Positions 8,095-18,400 of a stretch of 64,000 bases of DNA are shown piece after piece. Every line of letters begins with the position of its first letter. Position 1 is the first letter of the stretch. Where the stretch lies: NCBI GenBank assembly GCA_965248925.1, contig CBDFLE010000005.1, positions 288,001 to 352,000 on the forward strand. The letters run 5' to 3'. The DNA comes from Candidatus Multivoradales bacterium. GTDB lineage: Bacteria; Acidobacteriota; Thermoanaerobaculia; Multivoradales; J023. The position numbers and the translations under genes were made by a program. A model generated the notes under the pieces. It worked only from the letters and a program-made list of their open reading frames with translations, had not been told where the DNA came from and did no database searches.

Positions 8095-10599
8095 CTACCA
8101 GGCGAGCTCGAGGCTCCAGCGCAACGCTCTGCCCAGGGTCCTCTCGGTCGGCAACTCGGCCACAGGTTGCTGTGTGCTGCGCAGCGGCAAGAGATCGAAG
8201 CCCGTCACGCTTCTATGGTCATAGAGATTGTCAATGCCGAGCACCGCGCGGAGCGTCGTGGCGGAGGTCCGCCAACTCCGGGAGAGGCGGAGATCGAGCT
8301 GATGCTCGGCCGATAGTCGGCTGCTGTTGATCTCACCGATGGCGGCCGAAAAGTCGTAGGTCGCCAACTCGCGATCCAGAGGTGTCGTTGGGCGACCGGA
8401 GGAGCCGCGCCAGAGCAGGTTGGTGGACACGCTGCGGGGTAGCTCGACAGCCAGCCACAGATGCATCGCATGACGGCGATCCGAACGCCGAGGTCGCCAG
8501 CGCTGATCCGGCCACAAATCCTCGAATCGGCTGAGTTCGTAGGTGGCGGAGGCTTCGTAGCGTTGGCCCCGGAAGGAGTAGCGCACCTCCAGGCCTCGGC
8601 TCCGCGATTCATCAGCAGCCACTCTAAGGCGGTCGATCTCCAGTTCGGGGAAGCGACCTACCGATCGAAAGAGATTCTCGAAACGCAGTCTGGGATTCTC
8701 GGTACGCTGGTAATAGGCCTCTACCGAAAGGCTGCCAGCACCTCGGCTCAGCTGGTATCCGAGCGATAGGTAGTCCGAGGTCTCGGTACCCGGCAGCCTT
8801 TCTTCTCCATCGGCCAGCAGCTGCTCATGACTAGATGGGAAGTCGCGCACCCGAGTCCAGCCGGCGCGCCACACCCCTGAGCGGTGGCCGAAACTGGCGC
8901 CGAGGCGCGGCATCAGAGCCGTTTCGCCGCTGAGCTCGTCGTCGTCGAAGCGCACCCCGCCGGAGACCGCCAAGTAGGCGTGGGGTCGCCAAGTAGCCTG
9001 GGAGTACAGGCCCAGCTGGCTCTGCCGCAGGTCGCCCTTGAAGAACACAGGCAGGAAAATCGGCGAACTCGGGTCATCGCGAAAGGGGGCGAAGAGCAGG
9101 TAGTCGTAGGCGGTGGTCTCGCGCTCGCGTTCGGCCCCCCAGCGCCACTCGAAGCGATCGCTCAGGCTCGAGAGACCGTCGGCATGGGCGGTGGAGCGCC
9201 GCGTCATGCGCCGATTGTCGAGCACAAAGTCTTCGTTCGTGCCCGGAGGAGTGAGAATGTCTGCCTCTTGCTCCTGGCCAAACCGCCTACGTTCGATCTC
9301 GCTCTGAGACAGCCGCAAATCGAGAAAATGGCGATCGCCCAGCGCGCCAAGGTACCGCAGGTGCGAATATCGACTGTCTTGGAAGATCGTCAGGGCGGTT
9401 AAAAAAGGATCCTCTCTCGAGGTCAGGAAATCGTCCGAGGCCCACTGAGTTTGAAGGGTCAGCTCGTGGCGGGCATTGAGGGTCGAGGTGACCTTGGCGA
9501 GGCCGTCCCAATAGGAGGGTTTGCTGGCGAGGCTGCCGGCGGCCGGGGGGAGATCGGGCACGCCACGGCGATAGGCGGCGAGCCAGCGCAAGCGGGCGTC
9601 CAGGGCGTTGCCGCTGAGCGCTGCCTGGCGGGTCTCGTCGCCGGCTCCTAGGCGTGCGGTGAAGCGTTTGGCGGTGGTCTCGGTGAGCATTTCGAGCACA
9701 CCGCCGGCCCGATTGCCATAGGCCACTGGCGGGCTGCCCCGGTGCAGGCGAATATCATCGATAGCGGTGGGCGTCACTGCGCCGGCAAGGCTTCCCAGGT
9801 GACGAAAGTGGTAGGGCTCAGCGATCTCGATGCCATCGACCACCAAGGTCAACCGGTGGGCGTCATGGCCACGAACGCCGAACGCGACGCCAGTGCCCAC
9901 ACGGTTGCCCGGCAGCCTGGAAGCGGTGGCGAGAGCATCCTGGTCAATCAACAAGGAGTCGCGGGTTTGCTCCAGGCTCAGCTGCCAAGTTCCGAGCGGC
10001 GGTTCTTCCGATGTGGTCGAGACGGAGATCTCATCGCTGGTCTCGGCATCGAGCCTCAAAGTGGCTTCGAGACGAGTCCGGGTTCCTGCTTCGATGTCGA
10101 TTTCCAAGCTGCGGCTGAGGTATCCCGGCCGGTGAATTTCCAGACTCTGTCGGCCCTCCGGCACCCGCAGGATGCGAAATCGCCCCACCGCATCCGAAAT
10201 CGCTGTGGAGACGGGGAAGGAGATCGGCGAAGCACCGGGTTGCAGGTCGACGCGGGCGAAGGGAATCGGATGGCCGCTGGGATCGGCACGAATGGTGCCT
10301 TCGAGCACGCCGCTGGGCGCCAGGCTGATGACGAACTGGCCATCGGGCGCGGGTTGGGCCACCAGCCCCAAGGGCGCTAGCAGGGTCCGCAGGCGCTCTT
10401 CCGCCGAGCCGGCATCGGGTAAGGGTAGCTCGTCGACTCGGGCTTCGGCATCAACCAGCCGGCTGGTGTAGAGCGTCTGCACACCTTCGCGGCGCAGCTG
10501 CTCGAGTGCCTCTTGCAGGGTGTAGCCGGCCTTGCCCCCGGCGGGCATCGTCAGGGCGAAAAGCAGAGTCGCACAGATCAGAGGGTTAAAGCTGGGCAT
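8095..10599 (-). CDS. TonB-dependent outer-membrane transducer (N-terminal STN-like signalling domain, carboxypeptidase-regulatory-like domain, plug, barrel)
   Basis: Signal peptide; LQEALEQL...LRTLLAPLGL STN-like segment; plug motifs VRG, VDGI, YGNRAGGVL; IDNLYD; C-terminal W. Confidence 0.85.
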   Translation of the reverse strand: MPSFNPLICATLLFALTMPAGGKAGYTLQEALEQLRREGVQTLYTSRLVDAEARVDELPLPDAGSAEERLRTLLAPLGLVAQPAPDGQFVISLAPSGVLEGTIRADPSGHPIPFARVDLQPGASPISFPVSTAISDAVGRFRILRVPEGRQSLEIHRPGYLSRSLEIDIEAGTRTRLEATLRLDAETSDEISVSTTSEEPPLGTWQLSLEQTRDSLLIDQDALATASRLPGNRVGTGVAFGVRGHDAHRLTLVVDGIEIAEPYHFRHLGSLAGAVTPTAIDDIRLHRGSPPVAYGNRAGGVLEMLTETTAKRFTARLGAGDETRQAALSGNALDARLRWLAAYRRGVPDLPPAAGSLASKPSYWDGLAKVTSTLNARHELTLQTQWASDDFLTSREDPFLTALTIFQDSRYSHLRYLGALGDRHFLDLRLSQSEIERRRFGQEQEADILTPPGTNEDFVLDNRRMTRRSTAHADGLSSLSDRFEWRWGAERERETTAYDYLLFAPFRDDPSSPIFLPVFFKGDLRQSQLGLYSQATWRPHAYLAVSGGVRFDDDELSGETALMPRLGASFGHRSGVWRAGWTRVRDFPSSHEQLLADGEERLPGTETSDYLSLGYQLSRGAGSLSVEAYYQRTENPRLRFENLFRSVGRFPELEIDRLRVAADESRSRGLEVRYSFRGQRYEASATYELSRFEDLWPDQRWRPRRSDRRHAMHLWLAVELPRSVSTNLLWRGSSGRPTTPLDRELATYDFSAAIGEINSSRLSAEHQLDLRLSRSWRTSATTLRAVLGIDNLYDHRSVTGFDLLPLRSTQQPVAELPTERTLGRALRWSLELAW

Positions 10600-10895
10600 T
10601 CTTGATGTTCCGAGGACTTGACGCCGCTGGCGTTTTCGTTAGTGCTCCGTAGCTGGAGACTGTGCCAGAGCATGGAGCCCATGAGCCTTCTCCTAGGGAT
10701 AGTACCGCGCGCCTGGGATCGTGGCTGGTTAATTGCCGCAATTTTTTCGTGCTTCCGCGAAGGAATTTCTCGCCTCGAATGACAGTGCAGGTTGAGAGGC
10801 CGTCTGGTGCGGCCCTCTTTGACATCTGCCCTTCGTCGTTCGGCCTTCATCGTTGATCGAGCGGCTGATCGACGAGGCATGGGGCGAGAGGTTTC

Positions 10896-12404
10896 ATGCG
10901 CTCGACCGATCTCAATCTCGAACAGGGGCCTCCCTTCGGCCTTTCCCTCCTCTTGACTGCCGTCTGTGCCTGCGTTTTCCTGCCCGGACTCGACAATCCT
11001 CTGGTTTCCGACGATTGGGTATTCGTCTACCGCGGGGTCGAATCCGACTCGCTAGGGGAGGCTCTGGACAACGGCGGGCAGGCCTGGTTCTCGAGGCCTG
11101 TGGTTTGGCTTTTGAGCTTCGTCCTGGCCCAGACCTCCGGCTCCGAGGCGGTGGGATTCCATGCTCTTTCGCTCGCCTTTCACGTTGCCAACGCTCTGCT
11201 CTTGGGTTCTTTCTCGAGGCTCTTGCTCGTCCACTGTCGTGTGGCCGAACCTCTGAGTCGACGCGGGCAAGACTTTGCGGTGTGCGCGGCGACGGCATTC
11301 TTCATGCTCTATCCACTGCACCACGAGGCCGTCTTCTGGTACTCGTCGATCACAGAATTGACCGTATTGTTCGGCCGCTTGCTGGTGTTGCACGCCTGTG
11401 TTCGCTTCATGTACCGGCCGCGTGCCGGCGCGTCGCGACAGCTCGCCAACGGCGTTATCGCCATGATCGGCATGGCGTTGGCGCTGGCCAGCAAGGAATC
11501 TGCAGTCGTGCAACCCGGCGTGCTCTTTCTGTTGATCGCCGTCGGAGCTTGGCCACGCTCCGGCGAGAGCTGGCGTTGCCTCTTTCGCCCGCGGGCCGCT
11601 TGGGTCCTTCTTGCCGTTTCCTCGATCGTCACTGTGGTCTGGCTGCTCTGGTATCGGTCGACGCGTGGTCTTTCCATGGCCGACCTGATGGTGCTCGAAG
11701 CCTCATCTGGCGAGTGGGCTTTGAGAGTGGCCCAGGGTGTGGTTCGCACCGTGCTCGGCGGTAAGATCGTGCAAGATCCTGAATTGCTCGGTTTGGCGGT
11801 GGGTCTTGGAGTGGCCGGGCTCGCCCTCGCTTGGTGGCGGAACCAACGCCTGGCACTCTTCAGTAGCGGCTGGTTGATGCTCTGCTTACTGCCGTATCTG
11901 AGCATCAGCTCAGTGGCAGATCATGAGGCGCGGATACCAATCGTGCGCCGGATGGTCGGCGTCGCTGATGACCGCTACTACTACAGCGCTGCGGCGGCGT
12001 GCAGCTTCGTCCTCTTGGCGCTGGTGCTGTGGTTGCCGAAAGAGCTGGCTAGACTCGGCGAAAAAGTCGGGAGGCGAGCACAATGGTGCGGCGTGACCGT
12101 CGTGTTCGGCGTCAGCTTGGTCGGCGGGTGGCGGATCAGCCACTACGAACGACAGTGGCATGCTGCCGGTGATCTGCTCGACGGGGCGCGGCGCGAAATT
12201 GCCGCTGAGATCGCCTTGCCAGTGGCGAAGAAAGAGCTGATCTGCGTCCATACGCGACCTGACAATCTGCAAGGGCGTTATGTGCTGCGCAATGGAGTCG
12301 CTGAATTGCTCTGGCTCCACGCCGGCCATCGAGAGTTTCGAATTCTCGTGCCTCCGGCGGCCGAGAATCCGAACTGCACCCGCGATCTCTTCTTGGACGG
12401 GTAG
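10896..12404 (+). CDS. Polytopic membrane protein, GT-C/PMT-like glycosyltransferase
   Basis: SDD after the first TM; RP, H..N, PLHHEAV.W, SKE and DRY motifs; about 12 hydrophobic segments. Confidence 0.65.
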   Translation: MRSTDLNLEQGPPFGLSLLLTAVCACVFLPGLDNPLVSDDWVFVYRGVESDSLGEALDNGGQAWFSRPVVWLLSFVLAQTSGSEAVGFHALSLAFHVANALLLGSFSRLLLVHCRVAEPLSRRGQDFAVCAATAFFMLYPLHHEAVFWYSSITELTVLFGRLLVLHACVRFMYRPRAGASRQLANGVIAMIGMALALASKESAVVQPGVLFLLIAVGAWPRSGESWRCLFRPRAAWVLLAVSSIVTVVWLLWYRSTRGLSMADLMVLEASSGEWALRVAQGVVRTVLGGKIVQDPELLGLAVGLGVAGLALAWWRNQRLALFSSGWLMLCLLPYLSISSVADHEARIPIVRRMVGVADDRYYYSAAAACSFVLLALVLWLPKELARLGEKVGRRAQWCGVTVVFGVSLVGGWRISHYERQWHAAGDLLDGARREIAAEIALPVAKKELICVHTRPDNLQGRYVLRNGVAELLWLHAGHREFRILVPPAAENPNCTRDLFLDG

Positions 12405-12448
12405 GGTCGGCTCAAGGTCGCCGCTAGCCAAGAGAACAGTGGATCGCC

Positions 12449-12533
12449 TGTGCGTCGCCAAAACTAGATCCGGCCGTGCCGGGCAAAAACTCATCCGGGC
12501 CATCTTGGTCAAGCTGCTGCCAGGGAGTATTCA
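12449..12533 (-). mobile_element. Tiny second remnant of the rve-type element (terminal repeats plus last codons), cut by ISL3
   Basis: TGTGCGTCGCCAAAACTAGATCCG (12449) and CGTGCCGGGCAAAAACTCATCCG (12475) resemble the ends at 781 and 6417; the minus strand reads EYSLAAA*, like EYSLVAA* at 815. Confidence 0.6.
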
Positions 12534-14083
12534 GGGTCATCCGGGAAATGGAGAGGTGAGCTGGTCATGGAGAAAGAAGAGCCTGAGCTTGAAGTACTCC
12601 ATGTCTCGGAATCCATAGGCACTCCTCTTGAGGACCTTGATCTTGTTGTTGATGCCTTCGAGGGGTCCGGATGAGATGCGGTGACGGAAGTAGCTGAGCA
12701 GTCCTGGGCGATGTTTGTCGAGGGTATTGGCGAGCTTCGCGAAGTGGGGATTGTCGATGGCTTTGGCCTGGGTAGTCCAGGCGTCGAGGAAGTCCTTGCC
12801 GTCCTCTTCGTTCGGTAGGTTCCAGAAGAATCGTAGCTCCTCTTTGAGGAGATAGGCTTGGTAGAGGGGCTGGTTCAACTCCATGAGAAGGGCGAGGTGC
12901 TCCAGGGAGGAGGGCTTGAGCTTCTCCAGTCCCTTGAGCAAGAGGTAGCGGCTACCTTTGATTACGGCCCGCTCCTGGCCCTGAAGATTGCGGACCATCT
13001 CTCTTCGGGTTTCGTCGATGGCCTGATTGGCAAGAGCCACGACATGGTAGGGGTCGTGGACGATGTCGACCTGCTGGCCGAAGACCTGCCGGATTGCCCT
13101 GTGGTAGGCCTGGGACATATCGATGGCCACAGCTCGGGGACAAAGGCCTCTACTCTTGAGCTTCCAGAGGAAGGGCAGCAGGGCCTCGGCGTCCCTTCCG
13201 GAGTGAGCATGGAGGATCTGTCCGCTTTCCAGATCCAGCACCACGGTCATGTAGCGGTGTTCCTTGTGGGTGGCGAACTCGTCGACCGCGAGGTAGCGAA
13301 CTTTGGAGAGCTTGCGCCGCTTCAGGCGCCTCTGGAGATGGCTCTTGTGGATCTCCTTGACCAAGTCCCAGCCGACGCCCAGTAGATCGGCGACGGCCTG
13401 CAGGGTGGCGATCTGGCACAGCTGGACGACGTAACGCGCGAAGGCCCGCAAATGGCTTTCTTTGCCCTCGGTGAAGGCGATCGGCTCTCGCCGGGTCTCT
13501 CCACATCGCCGACAGTGCTGGCGATGACCATGCAGAACCACAAACTGGGGTCGCCACCCCACGGGTAGGGCGAAGAAGGTGCGCTCGAAGCCACCTTCAA
13601 GACGCAGATCGTACCAGCGCGCTCCGCACGCTCGGTAGGTGCGCTTGTGGGGAGCGAGTTCGACATGGTGGTAAACCCATCCGTGGGCGAACTCGGTGCA
13701 GCGCTGCACGTATCCGACCAAGCCGAGCGTGTGGTACAAGAAGCTGGTTGTCGCCATGAATCGGTCTCCCTGGGTTGGTTTGAGATACGACCAGGATGAT
13801 CGACATGGCGACAACTCTCAAATCCCGCGCGCCCTCCTGCTCACAGAATTGCTCAATCCGGTGCCTGTGCCCAGCCCTGCTTGGCGGCCTCCAGATCGTC
13901 TTGACCCCGTCGCCCACAGGTCTAGGGGCGACAGCGGCTGACCGGGTCAAGGGCGGCGGAGCCGGCGAAGCGTACCCTTGAGGCGGTCAGACGATGGCGC
14001 CACACTGGGCCAGCGACGGGGCTTGCATGGTCTGGTCTGACGAGTCCGACCAGACCATGACCTCCTCATTTCCCGGATGAACC
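12534..14083 (-). mobile_element. ISL3-family insertion sequence
   Basis: IRs GGGTCATCCGGGAAATG / GGTTCATCCGGGAAATG; flanks (AGTATTCA vs GAAGTTTT) are not duplicated. Confidence 0.9.
12537..13757 (-). CDS. ISL3-family transposase
   Basis: Zn-finger-like N-terminus (first CxxC degenerate), AVDEF, AIDMS, DPYHVV, LEGINNKIKVLKRSAYGFRD. Confidence 0.93.
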   Translation of the reverse strand: MATTSFLYHTLGLVGYVQRCTEFAHGWVYHHVELAPHKRTYRACGARWYDLRLEGGFERTFFALPVGWRPQFVVLHGHRQHCRRCGETRREPIAFTEGKESHLRAFARYVVQLCQIATLQAVADLLGVGWDLVKEIHKSHLQRRLKRRKLSKVRYLAVDEFATHKEHRYMTVVLDLESGQILHAHSGRDAEALLPFLWKLKSRGLCPRAVAIDMSQAYHRAIRQVFGQQVDIVHDPYHVVALANQAIDETRREMVRNLQGQERAVIKGSRYLLLKGLEKLKPSSLEHLALLMELNQPLYQAYLLKEELRFFWNLPNEEDGKDFLDAWTTQAKAIDNPHFAKLANTLDKHRPGLLSYFRHRISSGPLEGINNKIKVLKRSAYGFRDMEYFKLRLFFLHDQLTSPFPG

Positions 14084-14859
14084 GAAGTTTTGAACCTTTC
14101 GGCCTTGATTTCAGTGGCGCACTAGGCCAGGGAGTCTTCCTACGCTTCCCTGGCCAGTGGGTCGACGGGACATGGGCGGTTGGCCCGGGCTCGGCGTCTC
14201 TTTCGTCCAATGTTCACCGGTGGTACGCGCCGAATATTGGCACTTACAACAAGCCCGACCCAGCAGGTTTGATCCGGAGCAACTTGGGCCTTTATAGTTA
14301 CTCGCTCAGGAATCCGATCAGATTTGTCGACCCTTACGGACTGACAACCTGTGAAATTGTAACGATGAATAACGCATTCAAGCTGGGCGGGACCAGCTTC
14401 TCTTTTAGTACTCACGCCTCATTGTTGATCTCTAACTCGTGTCGGTCATCCGGCGGTTGCCAGGACGGCCCAGGGCCTCTCTTGTATGATCCGGCTGGGG
14501 GCTATTCGGCACAGGTTCCTGATACTGGATCGTTGGAAGTACTGAATCGTGACATACCAGGTTGGAGCCTTGGTGGATTCTTAGACTATCACTGCGATAG
14601 CGGAGATGACTCCGTAGAAGCATTCTGCTTCGACACGAATTGTTGCGAGAAGGAAAGAATTGCGGGGAATATTTTCAGTGGTGGGTCGACGCAAGGTGGG
14701 CTCTGTGCAGTTGGCGTCGGCGGGTCCGTGAAAGGGGTAGGACCGTTCTCAAGTCTTGGTCCGACCGCAACACCGGCGATCCTTCATCGAGCAATGAACC
14801 GCCTGTTGCAGAAGCATAGCGGTTCTGGCGCATTCTTCTGGAAGTACAGTTGTCCCTAA
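14084..14859 (+). pseudogene. Orphan Rhs core end plus toxin C-terminal domain, 5'-truncated at the ISL3 end
   Basis: FEPFG, LRFPGQW, NVHRWY, PDPAG and NPIRFVDPYGL cleavage motif; the listed ATG (14077) lies inside the ISL3 IR. Confidence 0.85.
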
Positions 14860-14874
14860 CTCAGGGTTTTCCAC

Positions 14875-15330
14875 ATGCGTGAGCCTATTGGAGTCGGATT
14901 CGCAGTTATCCTCGCTGCCGGCGGGCTATGGTATCTGGGATTGTCTTCGTGGATCTTGCAACGGTTTCTCAGTTGGCCCCATTTCTTGGAGCGTCAGATG
15001 GTTCTCTTCCCACTTATTCTCCTTGGTTTGTTGCTAGCCGTCCGCCGCTTGCAAGCCGCTCGGTCAAGTCTTGGTCTTGCGGCTGTATCCGGTGCATGTG
15101 TGGGTCTACTGGCAAGTATGATCTCGTTGGTTCTTGGGAGGATTGCGACTGCATCGGACCGCCTGGCCTTCTTGAACGGGATCGAGCAGGCTGGTACTGG
15201 AGGCTACCTCTTGATCGAGCTAACATTCGCCTTTGTCCTCTTTCCTGGCTGGCTGGCTGGTGCTGTCGCCGCTGTGCTTGCCGTCGCAATAGACCGTCTG
15301 GGGTCGAGATTCACAAATCGAAGCAACTGA
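14875..15330 (+). CDS. Putative cognate immunity protein, about 4 TM helices
   Basis: Starts 15 bp after the Rhs-CT stop; strongly hydrophobic. Confidence 0.6.
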   Translation: MREPIGVGFAVILAAGGLWYLGLSSWILQRFLSWPHFLERQMVLFPLILLGLLLAVRRLQAARSSLGLAAVSGACVGLLASMISLVLGRIATASDRLAFLNGIEQAGTGGYLLIELTFAFVLFPGWLAGAVAAVLAVAIDRLGSRFTNRSN

Positions 15331-15448
15331 GAGCGCGCCAGGGTACTAGGCCCGAGCGGGCGGAATTTTATGCCAAGCTAGCCGCATCGACCGGCCAGGC
15401 GGTACCACCTGGGTTTTCCTCTACGGCGACCCCACTCTGCCGGGATAC

Positions 15449-18400
15449 ATGACACGAATAAGCTTGGCGGGTACAGACGCTAGCGAGCGGATCGCTGGCT
15501 CCTGGGCCTATGATCCCTTCGGCAATGTTGTGCAAATGTGGAAAGGCGCCGCTAACTTCAACGACGCCGGCGCCGTCGATCGCTGGTCGATGAGCTTCGA
15601 CGATCCCCAGCTGCCCATGGTCACCACGGTCACCGACCCCATGGGCGAGATCTCCACCTACACTCTGGGTCGCGACTCCGAGAGTCGCAAGCCTCGTCTG
15701 GAGCAGCTCGAAGGCTCTTGCCCAAGCTGCGGCACCGGCCCCAACAGCCGGCTGTTCTATGAGGATCCGGCTCACCCCCTGCGCCCCACCCGCCAGATCG
15801 ACGGCGGCGGCACAACGACCCTGACCACCTACGACGCCAACGGCCAAGCAATCTCCCGTGTCGAAGCTCTGGGCACGGCGGAGGAGCGCGAGACCACTTG
15901 GCAGCGCGACCTCACCTACCCGGCGCTGATCACCGAGATCGAGCGTCCCTCGACCACTGGCAGCCCTCTCGATTTCCGCCGTACCACCTTCACCCTCAGT
16001 GGCCGAGGCAACGCCACCGACCGCATCGACGAAGGGGTAGAAGACGGCCAAGCCTTCAGCTACACCACCACGACCACCTACACCGCCGAGGGCCAGCCAG
16101 AAGATCGCGATCAACCCGGCTATGGCACCGCCGATGTCACCACCAGCGCCTGGGACGCTGCCCGTGGCGGCCTGGTGCTGGCCAGCCGCACCGATCCGCT
16201 GATCGGCAGCACCCTGTTCGGCTATGACCCATTCAACCGCCGAACTTCAGTCACCGACCCCAACGGCGTAGCCAGCGAAACGCAGTACGACCCGCTCAAT
16301 CGCGTTCTGTTCAGCCTCCAGAAAGGTGCGGTACCGGCCGAGGATTTGATCACCGAGCAGCGCTACACGGTCTTTGGCGACCTCTTCCAAACCGTACTGC
16401 CGCGCGGCAACGTGCTGGAGTATGGCTACGATCCCACAGGCCGATTGGTGTCCATCGAGCGCAAACCCGATGACTTACCGGGCAGTCACGTCGAGCGCAC
16501 CTTCTACACCCTCGATGGCTTCGGTCACCGGGTTCGCGAAGAGCTACAAAGCTGGGACGGCGCGAGCTGGACGAGTGCGTCGACTACCGACTACCTGTAC
16601 TCGACCCGCTGCCATCTCGACCAGATGATCGAAGGCGCGGGCAGCCCCGAGCAGGCGATCACCGAGTACGCCTACAACTGCGATGGCGACCTCGAACGCT
16701 TGTGGGACGCGAACCATCCATCGGCGGGCCAGACTGCTGCAGCCAGCACGGTCTACGGCTACGATCCACTCGACCGATTGACCTCGGTCAGCCAGCCATT
16801 CGGTGGTGCGGCTGGAGGGCAGGCTGTGACGACCTACGGTTTTGACGTTCAGGATCATCTGACCGCAGTCTCTGATGCCGAAGGCACAGTCACCAGCTAT
16901 CTCTACAGCGATCGAGATCTGCTGACCGGCGAGACCTCCGAGGTATCTGGCGTGACAAGCCATTTGTACAATGAGCACGGCCGACTCACCCAGACCATCG
17001 ACGCTCGCAGCATTGCCACTCAGCGCACTCTCGATGAGCTAGATCGGGTCACCCTGGTCGACTACCCCGACGACACCCTCGACGTGACCTACACCTACGA
17101 TGATCCGCAGGTGCCCTTCAGTCTGGGCCGACTCACCCAGATCGAACGTGATGGCCAGCCGATCGACTACCAATTTGATCGCTTCGGCCGCATGACTCAA
17201 GACGGCGAGCTGACCTACGCCTTCGACGCCAACGGCAACCAGAGCGAGATCCTGTATCCTGGTGGCGTGAGGGCTATCTACACATTCGATCACGCTGACC
17301 GTCACCTGACCCTCGATGCCGAGGTGCCAGGCCAAGGCATCCAATCGATTGTCACGGGAGCCTTCTACCAACCGATTGGCCCACTGCGCCAGCTGACGCG
17401 CGGCAATGGCGTCACCGAAAGCCGCCAGCACGACAGCCGCTATCAGCCCGCCAGCATTACAGCGGTCGGCCCTGGCGGCACCTTGCTCGACTGGGACTAC
17501 ACCACCGATGGGGTCGGCAACATCACCGTCATCGGCGATCTGCTCGATTCGCTGAACAACCGCACCTACGCCTACCAGGAATACCAGTACTTCCTCACCC
17601 AGGGCGCCGGCCCTTGGGGCGCTCTGGCCTGGGCCTACGACAAAATCGGCAATCGGCTCAGCGAGACCCGCGACGGCGCCACCGACATCTACCAGTACCT
17701 CGCCAACGCTGCCGCGAGCGGCAATACCGCGAAACTCGACCAGATTGCACTCGGTGCAGGCGGCAGTCGCGTCTACACCTTCGACGCAGCCGGCAATCAA
17801 ATCGGGATCGACGAAAACGGCGACCCCGTGACCTACACCTTCGATGATTCTGGCCGCCTGTCGGCTATCGATCACCCTTCGGCACAGGCCAGCTCGGTAA
17901 TGTTCTACGACGGTCGCAGCTACCTACGCCAAGCAGTCGGCCGCGAGCCCGACACCTCTGGCAACGCTCTCTTCTGCGATGGCTTTGAAACCGGCGACAT
18001 CAGCGCCTGGGGCGATCCGGGAGCGAGTAGCTGCACAGCTGAGGCCGTAACCGAAGCGGCCTACAGTTCCGACGGTGTGCTGCAACGGCGAGCCGGTGCC
18101 ACCGAGGCCAATGCAGTGCTCTACTTCGGGGGACAGCCGGTAGCCCAAACCGGTGGGGCTCTCGAGACCCACCTCACGGCAGACCACCTCGGCACACCGG
18201 TGCTAGCTTCTAGCACTGTCGGCGACTCGAACTGGAGCGGCGGATTCGAGCCCTTCGGCAGTGACTTCGCAAATGCCGGAGACGCAGGCGTTTTCTTGCG
18301 CTTTCCGGGGCAGTGGGACGATGCAACTTGGGGCGCTGGTGAGGGAGCATTCTACAATGTCCATCGTTGGTATGGGGCCGGGACCGGGAGGTATGGGAGG

